The notes beneath the pieces are model-generated. The model saw only the letters and a list, made by a program, of their open reading frames with translations. It searched no databases and was not told the origin of the DNA. Below, piece after piece: positions 7,598 through 16,497 of a stretch of 32,000 nucleotides of DNA. Position 1 is the first letter of the stretch, and every line of letters starts with the position of its first letter. Position numbers and translations under genes: made by a program. Source of the DNA: Propionibacteriaceae bacterium (lineage in GTDB: Bacteria > Actinomycetota > Actinomycetes > Propionibacteriales > Propionibacteriaceae); NCBI GenBank assembly GCA_031256725.1, contig JAIRQE010000009.1:30001-62000 (forward strand), in the 5' to 3' direction.

Positions 7598-9067
7598 TCA
7601 AACTTCCAAGGAGCGAAGGGCTCGGGGAAAGTCTTCAAGATTGCCAATGGTGAGTACTGGGCTGTTACCAATGACTCCGCGTGAGAGGTGAGCTCCGTTC
7701 CCACATCGAAGAACAACAGTGAGAACGTCAACACCAAACTGTGAGGTCGCCGCATGAAGGCGCCCAGGCCTTACTGGCGTTCCTACTGCTATCACAACGA
7801 CTGAGGCATCGGGCGCTGCAGCGGATCCATCAAGGGCTACGGTTTCTATTCGGTCAACGGGTCCACCGAACTCAAGGCGGGAGAAGTCATCCAGCATCCT
7901 GAGTCCAGTCTGAACATTGAGCCGCTTCTTTGGCGCCTGAATGGTCACATCTTTGTCGTCTCGGATTGCTTGCTGTCCCAGGGATGCGCACGCAGAAACC
8001 GCCAACTCAAAGTCAGCTTCGGATTCATAGTCTTCCACCGACATCGATAGACAGATCACCAAATGAGATCGGCGGGTTTCCTCAAATTGGCGAACGAGGA
8101 GTTTTCCTGTTCGTGCGGTTGATTTCCAGTGGACATGCCTCAGATCATCTCCGACTACATACTCCCGTAGAGCATGGAAGGCTATATCCGAGGATGACAG
8201 TGTGTCGGTCGGACGACCTTCAAGATCTTTCATGAAACCAGCTGAGGAATCTCCAAGAGAAATCGTCTTGGGGTGGATAAAGAGTTCTTGGGCGTCGGTC
8301 CAGATCACTTCGCGTCGAAGCAGACCAAGGCCATCACCGCGTGAGGAACGAACAGGACCAACTGGGATCACAGCTCGCTTTGATGTGTTCACCTGAAAGG
8401 ATTCATCAAAGGAGGCGCTGCCCGCTAGTCGTGGAACTAGAAAGGAGCTAGTAGCCTTTCCCACAGGCATCATGAATGTGGATGCCATCACAGGGCGAGT
8501 GGATGTATTGCTGACACTGACCCCACCAAAGGCGTCCGATCCTACGGTCACCCTGAGGCGACTGAGATCCAGGCTGACATCATAGGTGGATCTTCCAATC
8601 ACAAAGATGATCGAAAAGATTGACAGCGCCACTACCATGAGGGCGATAACTAGGAACTCCATCCACCCTAGCCACCACCCCAGGCCAGCGAGAACAAGAG
8701 AACTGATGAGTGCAGCCCATCCAGCGGGCTGGATGACCGCAAAGAATGGAGAAACCCTACGCCTCAGCGGCTCGCTGACGTGGAGGAATCCTCTCCAGTA
8801 CCGCCCAAGGCGAGCCCCTAAGGGATTCCACCACTGCCTCAACTTTGTCAGTGGAGATGATGTTCGCACCGTGGCTGCTTTGGGCAGAACTCTTTTTGGC
8901 TCCTGCGCATGTCGAGGCGCTTTCTCTCGCCGTTTCGCCGACTTACGAGGCTTGCCTGGAGAGGGTTCTTCTGGTTCCGTCTCAGAGCCTTTCGTCTTCT
9001 CTCGACTAGAAATGACCTGCGGTTTGAGTATGGTCTCGAAGGCCCTTTGGGGTTCGGGAGAACTCAT
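7598..9067 (-). CDS. DUF58-family protein (MoxR partner) with a basic disordered N-terminal tail and two TM helices
   Basis: The DUF58 hallmark 'DDLRHVHWKSTARTGKLLVRQFEE' is present. The N-terminal ~95 aa are K/R/P/S-rich, followed by TM segments 'AALISSLVLAGLGWWLGW' and 'FLVIALMVVALSIFSIIFVIG'. The start forms ATGA with the MoxR stop (9064-9067). Confidence 0.85.
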   Translation of the reverse strand: MSSPEPQRAFETILKPQVISSREKTKGSETEPEEPSPGKPRKSAKRREKAPRHAQEPKRVLPKAATVRTSSPLTKLRQWWNPLGARLGRYWRGFLHVSEPLRRRVSPFFAVIQPAGWAALISSLVLAGLGWWLGWMEFLVIALMVVALSIFSIIFVIGRSTYDVSLDLSRLRVTVGSDAFGGVSVSNTSTRPVMASTFMMPVGKATSSFLVPRLAGSASFDESFQVNTSKRAVIPVGPVRSSRGDGLGLLRREVIWTDAQELFIHPKTISLGDSSAGFMKDLEGRPTDTLSSSDIAFHALREYVVGDDLRHVHWKSTARTGKLLVRQFEETRRSHLVICLSMSVEDYESEADFELAVSACASLGQQAIRDDKDVTIQAPKKRLNVQTGLRMLDDFSRLEFGGPVDRIETVALDGSAAAPDASVVVIAVGTPVRPGRLHAATSQFGVDVLTVVLRCGNGAHLSRGVIGNSPVLTIGNLEDFPRALRSLEV

Positions 9068-10035
9068 GAAGGCATCCCGATCTTGGGTGCAGGCACCTCG
9101 GTGAGGATCCTCCCTACAATCTGGGAAGCAGTTGCGCCAGCAAACTCGGCTTCAGGATCAAGGACCAGTCGATGGGACAGGACTGGCCCAGCGAGTTCCT
9201 GAATATCTTCAGGAAGAACATATTCACGCCCCTGAGAAGCAGCCCACACCTTGGCTGCCCGAGTCATGGCGAGAGCCCCACGCACGGAGACCCCGATTCG
9301 GGTTTCGGAGGTCGCCCGAGTTTCTTCCGCAATCCATGAGACGTAATCCAAGACTGCATCAGGCACATGGACCTTAGCCGCCATATCAGCCATCTGACAG
9401 ACCGCATCAGTTGTGATGACCGACGAAATGGCAGCAGCACGATTCTTCACAGCAGCGCCAGAAAGGATTTCAACGGTACTCGCCCTGTCTGGGTATCCAA
9501 TCGATGTCTTCATCAGGAATCGGTCAAGTTGAGCCTCTGGTAGGCGATAGGTACCTGCCTGCTCAATGGGGTTCTGAGTGGCAAGCACCATGAAGGGGCG
9601 ACCCACCGGGCGGGTAACCCCATCCACTGTCACCTGACCCTCTTCCATGACCTCCAAAAGGGCAGACTGGGTCTTAGGCGAAGCACGGTTGATCTCATCA
9701 GCAAGAACAATGGTGGCAAAGATTGGCCCCGGTTTAAACTCGAAGACCCCACGAGACTGGTCATAGACTGTGACACCAGTGACATCAGTCGGCAAAAGGT
9801 CCGGAGTGAACTGGATACGCTTCTCCTGGCCTTCCACTGAGGCAGCCAGTGAGCGAGCTAACATGGTTTTTCCTGTACCAGGCGCATCCTCCAGAAGGAT
9901 ATGCCCCTCGGCGAGGAGAGCCGACACAGCCAGACGCACCACGTATTCTTTACCGAGCACTGCTTGACTCACGCTTGAAACGATTTGCCCGAAAGCTTGG
10001 GCAAACCATTGTGCCTCTTCACGAGTTATTGACAT
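9064..10035 (-). CDS. moxR: MoxR-family AAA+ ATPase
   Basis: The protein is 323 aa. Motifs present are Walker A 'APGTGKT', Walker B 'VLADEINRASPKTQSALLEVMEE', sensor-1 'LATQNP' and 'LPEAQLDRF'. Its size is typical of the family. Confidence 0.93.
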   Translation of the reverse strand: MSITREEAQWFAQAFGQIVSSVSQAVLGKEYVVRLAVSALLAEGHILLEDAPGTGKTMLARSLAASVEGQEKRIQFTPDLLPTDVTGVTVYDQSRGVFEFKPGPIFATIVLADEINRASPKTQSALLEVMEEGQVTVDGVTRPVGRPFMVLATQNPIEQAGTYRLPEAQLDRFLMKTSIGYPDRASTVEILSGAAVKNRAAAISSVITTDAVCQMADMAAKVHVPDAVLDYVSWIAEETRATSETRIGVSVRGALAMTRAAKVWAASQGREYVLPEDIQELAGPVLSHRLVLDPEAEFAGATASQIVGRILTEVPAPKIGMPS

Positions 10036-10061
10036 GGTTTTCCTTTTCTAAATGTTTCAAG

Positions 10062-13000
10062 CTACCAGTTCATTGTCTGGGTTTTGGAGGTAACTCCATG
10101 GATCTCGACTGTGAACACATCCGTCTTGTTGACGTAGCCATTCAGGCCACCCTGTCCGCCATGTTTAGGACATGCCATATATCCACTTCCATCAGAGGCG
10201 CGACCAACCTCCACTTGGCCCGTAATGGAGCCTGTCATCCCATTGGGTTGCCTCCAAGAACATGTCACGGTATATGTGCCCCCACCTTCAAGAGCCCACT
10301 TATTGAAACCGATGTGCCCTCTACAACCTCCGGTCAATCCGGGACCTACTGCACCGACACAATCGTTGGGGTTCACATACAACCAGTACTCTGCTGCTGG
10401 TTTGGAATGGGCTGTGGTTGAAGCGCTATTCTCTGAGCACTGACCCTCCGAATCACAGGCTTTGACCCAAATGGTATGGGTCTGCCCCCAACCATCTCCA
10501 ATCGAAATAGTTCCACTGTCCAAACCGTCTGTTTCCCACCAGCTACCCGTATCAATTTTAGCCATAACGTAAGTAACTCGGCGACCGTTCCAGCTGGGCC
10601 TACTCCAGCCAAGAATCACTTTCGTGCTTTCCCGGTCACTCGGGCGTTCCGCTGTAGCTCCAGGTTTATTCACTGGCCCAAAAGGACGACAACTGGTTAC
10701 CGATCGCTCCTCACCATCCTGTGAAAAGCCTTGCACACTAGTCCGAGCCCATACAGTAATAGTAATAGCATTATCAGAATTAGCTAGGCCAGACGCCGTC
10801 CCTGACGTGCTTGTTCCAAAGTCTCCAGACTGACCAGAACTCGCTCTCCAGTGATATGTCACCTCAGAGGATTTGGCTCCATTGAGAGCTGCGGGGCTGA
10901 AACTCACCACACATGCCTTGTCTCGATCTTGGGTGGAAAGATTCGAAACTGGTCCAGGTTTGATCACCGATCTGAACTCATCAGAGTTCACGGAAAATTG
11001 CCCTTGCCCAGCTTTGTTGTGCGCAGCAACCTTGAAGGTGTAGCCATTTTCAGAACTTGGGAGAGTGGTGGTCCGACATGTTCTTCCACCTGTGGGAGTT
11101 ACTGTGTAGGTCACTCCACTTGATGAAGTCAGAGTGTAGGAGGAGATCCTATCCCCATTGTTGTAGGGTTCAGTCCAGCACACCTCAACCTGCCCTTCAG
11201 AACCAACAGGATTCAGTCGAGTCCAGGTGGGTTGCACTGGTGGATCAGGAGGCCCTGCTGGAATCTGTGGAAGGGAGAGAGGAGACCAGTGGCTGGCTTG
11301 CTCACAGACCCCAGGAGCCAGGTTTCGAGCACAAGCCATGACTTGGTATTCGGTTCCGTTCGACAGACCCGACCAGACGTAAGATGTGCCAGTGACATTC
11401 ACGATTGCCTGCCCCGAGGGCGGAGGTGGCGAGATCTCTAGATCATAGGAAGTAACAGGAGATCCAGGACTTCCTCGAGGAATCCACGTAATAGTCAAAG
11501 ACTTGTTGCCAAATGCAAGGACTGGAGCATCGAGCCTATTAGGGATCGCATCTGGGCGTGCTTCATCGGAAGCCATAGAGGGATCGGATGTACCCACCTC
11601 ATTTGTGGCGGTCACAGTGAATCGATAGGTGACGTTGTTCGTCAATCCATTCAAGATGCATGTGGTGGTTGGACACTGTAATGGGTAGCCTGACGCGGGC
11701 GGACTTGAGGACACGGTGTATCCACTCAGGGGTGCACCATTATTATCCGCAGGCATCCAACTCAGAATCACCTGTCGATCACCCACTTGATCAATATGAA
11801 CACCTGTGGGTGGGCTTGGTCTGCCACGAACATTGAGATAGATCCGCCCAGTCGACTGACGGTTGGGATCCTGGGTGACATCCACGATCACATATCTCAC
11901 AACCATTTCACCCAGGAAAGAGGCTGCTGGAGTCACATTGACGCCCTGGCCTCCCCCGCAACCCACTACAGCTTGCCCATCACCGGTTTCAACCGATGCA
12001 CTGACGACCGTCAGGGAATCATTGGGGAAAGGATTCGTGTCATTACTTGTCACAGGAACGCACACAGTCTGCCCCTGATTCGAGCTAGGGATCATGTCAT
12101 CAACAGCCTGAGGCAGAGGTCTCCTAGTTCCTACGATCTTTATGGTCACAGTAGCCTCAACTTCAACCTCACCTAAGGTGACAGATACTCGAAGAACCGA
12201 CTCGCTTCCACTGGGAACATTGGAACCTGCGCTTGCAGTGAGCGTTGAACCGCTTAGGCTGGCCTCTACGCCACCAAGAGAGGGGCCCTCCAGCAGTGAG
12301 TACGTCAAGCGATCTGTTGGCTGAACATTCGACACTAGAGTCGCCAAATCAAAGGTGGAACCCTCTCCCACCTCAACCTCAAGGGCCGTGCTTCTCATCA
12401 CAGGAATGGTGGCTTCTTCTTCGTCCTCTTCCTCTTCTTCCTCCTTGGCCTTATCACCAGGAAGAACTTTGACTGGGATCGTCACCACAGCAGCAATGCC
12501 CGTGTCATCCTCCAGGGTTGCGCCATCAGTTACCTTGACCGAAATAGCGGCTGGCCCCTGATAGTTGTCGGGGGCAGTGAAACTCAGTTGAGTCACCGAT
12601 GGTGCGGTAGCCGAACCATTCCATGCTGTTATTCCTGCTGCATCGACAACCCTAGGGCTACGATCCGTGCGAACTATCACATGATCAGCCAGTGCGAAAG
12701 AAATAGTCTCTCCTGAACGGACTTCGACACGTTTCGCTTCTGGGTTATATTGAGGTGGAATAAGGTCTGCCCCTGGCACTGTAATGAATCCATGTCCAAC
12801 CTGACCATCGGGATCAGTGACGTAATAGTCAATGATTTGGAGGTCAGCGGTGATGGGCACAGTCACGTTATTGGCTGACACGGATACAGTCGGATCATCA
12901 ACGCTGACAACCAAGGATTCTTTATCCCCATCTGGATCATAGTCATTAGCCAAAACCTCAAGGGTCATAGAAGTATTAAGAAGGGCCTCTAAGGTCGAAA

Positions 13001-15635
13001 CCTCGTCGTCGGTGACTAGAGGCTTCTTAGGCTGAATATCTTCAGCGACTGTCAACACGATGACCCCAGTGGACTCCTGATAGAACTCATCGGAGACTGT
13101 GTATGTCCCCCAATAGGATCCCACCTGGTCGGGAGCTTGAATGATGACTTCCTGACCATCCACTTCTCCAGTGAAAAACTCCGATTGAACTGAGCCACCT
13201 TTCAGATAGCAGCAGATGTCTCCATCAGGATCAGTGTCATTCATGGTCACTGGAATAGTTACCTTGCCGCCTGGAATAGCCTCAGCAAAATCTGTAACTG
13301 CATTGGGAGGAAGGTTCATATCTGAGGCAGGTGCTACGCCTATCCGCACACGGCCAGTTGATTCCAATCCAAGTCTGTCCCTGACCACATAGGTGAATTC
13401 GTCACCAGTCGTATTCGCCCCAGGCTCATAAACGAACTTGTTTCCTTTGAGCGATGTGATGATTCCTTGACCTGGCGCAGAGGCTAGCCCCGTCACTGTC
13501 ACGTGATCACCATTGGGGTCGACACCATTCAAAGGAATCTCAATATTGACTGGATTCCCGATTCGTGTTCGGGCCTGAACATCCTTAGGCTTAGGAGCCT
13601 GGTTTCCACCCTCATCTTGTGGAGTGACATAGATAGTGAGACGCCCAGTATCCGGTTCAGCAGAACCTTTGACAACCTCGACCTGATAAAGAACCGTATA
13701 TGTTCCCGGCTCCTGGCGAGCATGGACCCTGACCGTATTACCCGAGGTGAAGACAAGGGCTTCCGTATCAGGATCGGGGGTCTCAGGAAGGTCTGGGCGG
13801 AGCCTGAGAGCGATTCCATTGGCCTGAGTATCGTTGCTTAACACGCTCACCGTGGCGATGTCTCCAACGCGTACCGTCACGGTGTCATCCACCGCAGTGG
13901 GAGGAAGAACCTTGTCTGGAGCAGGAAGCGGCACAACTGTAATGCGACTTGAGGCATATCCCTTACCATTGGAGACCGTATAGGAAATAGAAATTGGTGA
14001 TGAGAACTCCTGATTGGGCGTGATCTTCACCCGCTCATATTCCAAAACCGACACACTCACTGGGAGACCCGAATCAACACCGACACTGGTCACTACAAGC
14101 GGGAACCCAAGCGGGTTCACATCATTGTCGAGCGGGGTTACAAAGGCATCCTGACCAGGAGAAAGGAGCACTGTATCGGGAACTGCGATTGGCGGCTCAT
14201 CACCAGCCGCCTTGGGAATCACTAACACCCTTATCCATGATTCAACATTGGCAGAAGGACCGTCAGTCACGGTGTAGGTCAGGTATACCGATCCTGGTTC
14301 TGAGCAGGTTGCCGTCACCAAACCTTGAGTGAGTTCCTTTTCCAATACACACTTGGCAGGATCACCTTCGACCCCCGTTAATCTCAACGAGTTACCATTG
14401 GGATCCGTGTCATTATCGAGCGGCCGGATTTCAATAGGAGTATCGACTGTTCCTGAGACAAGATCTGGTGTCGCCACTGGTGGCCTATTACCAGAAGGCA
14501 AAACATTCACCATGATTTCCTGGGTATTTGACTCTTGCCCATCGGATACAGTGACCTGAACCGTTTTGACACCCGTCGTGAGACCACCATCCTGGAAGGT
14601 CAAAGTCCCATCTTGTGTCACAGTAACCGAATCTTCTTGAGGCGCTTCTGCCCCAAGAAGGAAGATCGTATCTCCATCTGGATCTCTCCAGTTGGTCAAA
14701 ACATTATGGGTTACACGTTGACCACTAGAGACCGTTAGTACTGTAGCTCGTGCTGTCTCAGGAGCGGAATTCTCAGACTCAGGGCGAATGGCAACCGTGA
14801 CAGATGCGGTCGATTCTCCCCCTCGACCATCATGAACCCTGTAAGCAAAACTCACCACACCTGAGGCTGTTGCTGGAACATTCATTTGTATGATCGCTTG
14901 CGAATACACGAGGTTAAGATCAAAACCGGCAGGGGCGCTTCCGAGCAACTCAACTGTGAGAAGATCCCCATCCTCATCAATATCATTTTCAACAACGGGA
15001 AGGAGCACACTCCTGCCTGGGCGAGCCCCAAACTCATCATCTCTAGCTACCGGAGGCCTATTGTCTCCTGAGCGATCAATCTTCTCGTTCTCATCGATCT
15101 CTTCTGTACTGTCCTGATCCTCATTGCCTTCGTCACCTCGAAGGGCTTCCTCCCAATTGTCCACCTTGACAACAAGATCAGTGACCAACCAAATGCCGCC
15201 AGACTTTATTTGATTGAGCACGATATGGCCCCAGTTGACACGAAAACGAAGCTCATCATCAACATCGAAATCGGGTATGGCCTGCTTCAGATCGTGGGTC
15301 TCGCCAATACAGTCTCGAATGAAATCTCCAGTCTGTGACCAGACTCCGTAAGTACATCCGTCCACAACAACAGGCTGGGAAGGAATACCCTCTGCAGATG
15401 TCACCTCGGGATCCTGCCCACCTAGAGGTTGTACGACTAAACCTTGGGTGGTGGCGTATGCTACTGAACTACCTGACTCAGACATCGCCTGCAACACGAC
15501 AGGATCTGTAGTCAGATCAACCGCCTGAAGATTCATACTTTTCTTGGTTCCTAAGTGAATCACTTGAGAATCATGGTTGATGACAACTGGAGTTTTCCCC
15601 ACAACGGTCATCGAATAGGTATCTTCCTCACCCAA
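10062..15635 (-). CDS. Giant surface/secreted protein, main fragment: multiple cadherin-like/Ig-like repeats, about five FN3 domains and a Cys-containing C-terminal domain
   Basis: The ORF is 1857 aa. Recurrent Ca-binding-type repeat motifs include 'ENDIDEDGD', 'DNDTDPNGN', 'MNDTDPDGD' and 'ANDYDPDGD', each preceded by 'PPVA/PNAV'. FN3-like modules include 'PSPPTGVHIDQVGDRQVILSW...YTVSS' and 'LTITWIPRGSPGSPVTSYDLEIS'. A poly-Glu patch 'EEEEEEDEEE' is present. I saw no signal peptide, LPXTG motif or TM helix. The track 'M' at 15635 is a TTG codon, and the frame is open upstream to 15701. Confidence 0.85.
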   Translation of the reverse strand: MGEEDTYSMTVVGKTPVVINHDSQVIHLGTKKSMNLQAVDLTTDPVVLQAMSESGSSVAYATTQGLVVQPLGGQDPEVTSAEGIPSQPVVVDGCTYGVWSQTGDFIRDCIGETHDLKQAIPDFDVDDELRFRVNWGHIVLNQIKSGGIWLVTDLVVKVDNWEEALRGDEGNEDQDSTEEIDENEKIDRSGDNRPPVARDDEFGARPGRSVLLPVVENDIDEDGDLLTVELLGSAPAGFDLNLVYSQAIIQMNVPATASGVVSFAYRVHDGRGGESTASVTVAIRPESENSAPETARATVLTVSSGQRVTHNVLTNWRDPDGDTIFLLGAEAPQEDSVTVTQDGTLTFQDGGLTTGVKTVQVTVSDGQESNTQEIMVNVLPSGNRPPVATPDLVSGTVDTPIEIRPLDNDTDPNGNSLRLTGVEGDPAKCVLEKELTQGLVTATCSEPGSVYLTYTVTDGPSANVESWIRVLVIPKAAGDEPPIAVPDTVLLSPGQDAFVTPLDNDVNPLGFPLVVTSVGVDSGLPVSVSVLEYERVKITPNQEFSSPISISYTVSNGKGYASSRITVVPLPAPDKVLPPTAVDDTVTVRVGDIATVSVLSNDTQANGIALRLRPDLPETPDPDTEALVFTSGNTVRVHARQEPGTYTVLYQVEVVKGSAEPDTGRLTIYVTPQDEGGNQAPKPKDVQARTRIGNPVNIEIPLNGVDPNGDHVTVTGLASAPGQGIITSLKGNKFVYEPGANTTGDEFTYVVRDRLGLESTGRVRIGVAPASDMNLPPNAVTDFAEAIPGGKVTIPVTMNDTDPDGDICCYLKGGSVQSEFFTGEVDGQEVIIQAPDQVGSYWGTYTVSDEFYQESTGVIVLTVAEDIQPKKPLVTDDEVSTLEALLNTSMTLEVLANDYDPDGDKESLVVSVDDPTVSVSANNVTVPITADLQIIDYYVTDPDGQVGHGFITVPGADLIPPQYNPEAKRVEVRSGETISFALADHVIVRTDRSPRVVDAAGITAWNGSATAPSVTQLSFTAPDNYQGPAAISVKVTDGATLEDDTGIAAVVTIPVKVLPGDKAKEEEEEEDEEEATIPVMRSTALEVEVGEGSTFDLATLVSNVQPTDRLTYSLLEGPSLGGVEASLSGSTLTASAGSNVPSGSESVLRVSVTLGEVEVEATVTIKIVGTRRPLPQAVDDMIPSSNQGQTVCVPVTSNDTNPFPNDSLTVVSASVETGDGQAVVGCGGGQGVNVTPAASFLGEMVVRYVIVDVTQDPNRQSTGRIYLNVRGRPSPPTGVHIDQVGDRQVILSWMPADNNGAPLSGYTVSSSPPASGYPLQCPTTTCILNGLTNNVTYRFTVTATNEVGTSDPSMASDEARPDAIPNRLDAPVLAFGNKSLTITWIPRGSPGSPVTSYDLEISPPPPSGQAIVNVTGTSYVWSGLSNGTEYQVMACARNLAPGVCEQASHWSPLSLPQIPAGPPDPPVQPTWTRLNPVGSEGQVEVCWTEPYNNGDRISSYTLTSSSGVTYTVTPTGGRTCRTTTLPSSENGYTFKVAAHNKAGQGQFSVNSDEFRSVIKPGPVSNLSTQDRDKACVVSFSPAALNGAKSSEVTYHWRASSGQSGDFGTSTSGTASGLANSDNAITITVWARTSVQGFSQDGEERSVTSCRPFGPVNKPGATAERPSDRESTKVILGWSRPSWNGRRVTYVMAKIDTGSWWETDGLDSGTISIGDGWGQTHTIWVKACDSEGQCSENSASTTAHSKPAAEYWLYVNPNDCVGAVGPGLTGGCRGHIGFNKWALEGGGTYTVTCSWRQPNGMTGSITGQVEVGRASDGSGYMACPKHGGQGGLNGYVNKTDVFTVEIHGVTSKTQTMNW

Positions 15636-15669
15636 GTCAGAAAAACCAGCTTTGTCGATCTTGGCAGAT

Positions 15670-16245
15670 TCAGCTTCTGAGATACCCCCCCCCCCAGACC
15701 GTTATTAGGGTGCTAGTCAAAGGGTCGACAACGTATCCTGTTCCATCAAACCCAACCGAAGACACGGCATTGTGTGGAAGATCCTCAACAATCGGAGGGA
15801 AGACCTCAGTATTCGGATCAAATCCTGCTACTGAACTCACAGGGATCATCCAGAACTTTCCCTGCTCAGGAACAAGGATTCCAACCATCTCTCCACCAAG
15901 ACTTACCTGAGTACTCGACCCAAGGAGTTGTTGGATTCCCAAGGTCAGATTAGGAGGATTCACCTGAACAAAAGATCCATCATCAGGACCAGTAACGAAG
16001 ACGGATGTGCGGTCCTGAATCACATCGAAATCGGTGACTTCCGTCACATACGAAATACCATCAATCTGCCCTGCACTGTGATTAAAACGCCCCAGATGTT
16101 GGATGGAATGATTCGTCACCCAAACCCCAGAGTCATTCATATCGACTGTAGCAACAGGCATTCCCTCACTCGCTACAGCAAGACCAACCAATCCCATAGA
16201 CAAGGACGCGACTAACCCAACGGACAAGGCTTGATGCCATTTCAT
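15670..16245 (-). CDS. N-terminal fragment of the giant surface protein (Sec signal peptide plus the start of the N-terminal domain), truncated just after the poly-G tract
   Basis: 'MKWHQALSVGLVASLSMGLVGLAVA|SEG' has the n/h/c layout of a signal peptide. An SD-like AAAGGAGA lies upstream of the ATG at 16245. The ORF ends '...TVWGGGYLRS*', where WGGG is encoded by the G11 run. Confidence 0.8.
   Translation of the reverse strand: MKWHQALSVGLVASLSMGLVGLAVASEGMPVATVDMNDSGVWVTNHSIQHLGRFNHSAGQIDGISYVTEVTDFDVIQDRTSVFVTGPDDGSFVQVNPPNLTLGIQQLLGSSTQVSLGGEMVGILVPEQGKFWMIPVSSVAGFDPNTEVFPPIVEDLPHNAVSSVGFDGTGYVVDPLTSTLITVWGGGYLRS
15685..15695 (-). repeat. 11-nt homopolymer (C11 on the + strand, G11 on the coding strand) at the junction of the two giant-protein fragments
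   Basis: Counted directly from 'gata cccccc ccccc agacc'. The other homopolymer runs I noticed in the window are 6 nt or shorter. Confidence 0.97.
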
Positions 16246-16497
16246 ACTAGCTTTGTCTCCTTTCGCTGCCTGCCACCTGAACCCCCAAACAATCTCCGAT
16301 GTTTGATCGGAGCCTATTATTTCACCATCATCTGATTTATCTCATCATTAAGATTCCTTCTGAGACAACATTGATCAGAAAATCCCCTACCGGACCTTGA
16401 CAGAGAATGCTACCTAACAGACAAATCAGATTCTCTAATTCTTTCTTGATGCGAAAGATACGTCCATGGGGATAAATCCCCTTGTTTCCTTTCCGCA

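Noticed and set aside
12411-12452. A GAA/GAG-rich stretch encodes 'EEEEEEDEEE' in the giant protein, with a similar 'DDEEEEEEE' near 5874-5905 in the transglutaminase-like gene. I considered both as possible slippage-prone microsatellites.
   Set aside because: The codons are mixed (ttc, ctc, gtc) and not a pure tandem repeat. These are better read as acidic low-complexity linkers than as repeat elements.
15633-15635. The TTG at 15635, and similarly the TTG at 6679-6681, as genuine start codons of the large fragments.
   Set aside because: Both frames remain open upstream (to 15701 and 6717). Neither has an SD. The encoded proteins would lack the export signal their architecture requires. They are more likely internal Leu codons of frameshifted genes.
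13-16245. Many plus-strand and alternative-frame ORFs from the track lie inside the big minus-strand operon. Examples are 13..315, 98..403, 7197..7691, 8586..9104, 9849..10421, 11787..12176 and 13503..13841.
   Set aside because: All are nested antisense or out of frame within long ORFs that carry clear domain motifs. Their translations are low-complexity (Arg/Ser/Pro-rich) with no recognisable motifs, so they look like shadow ORFs.
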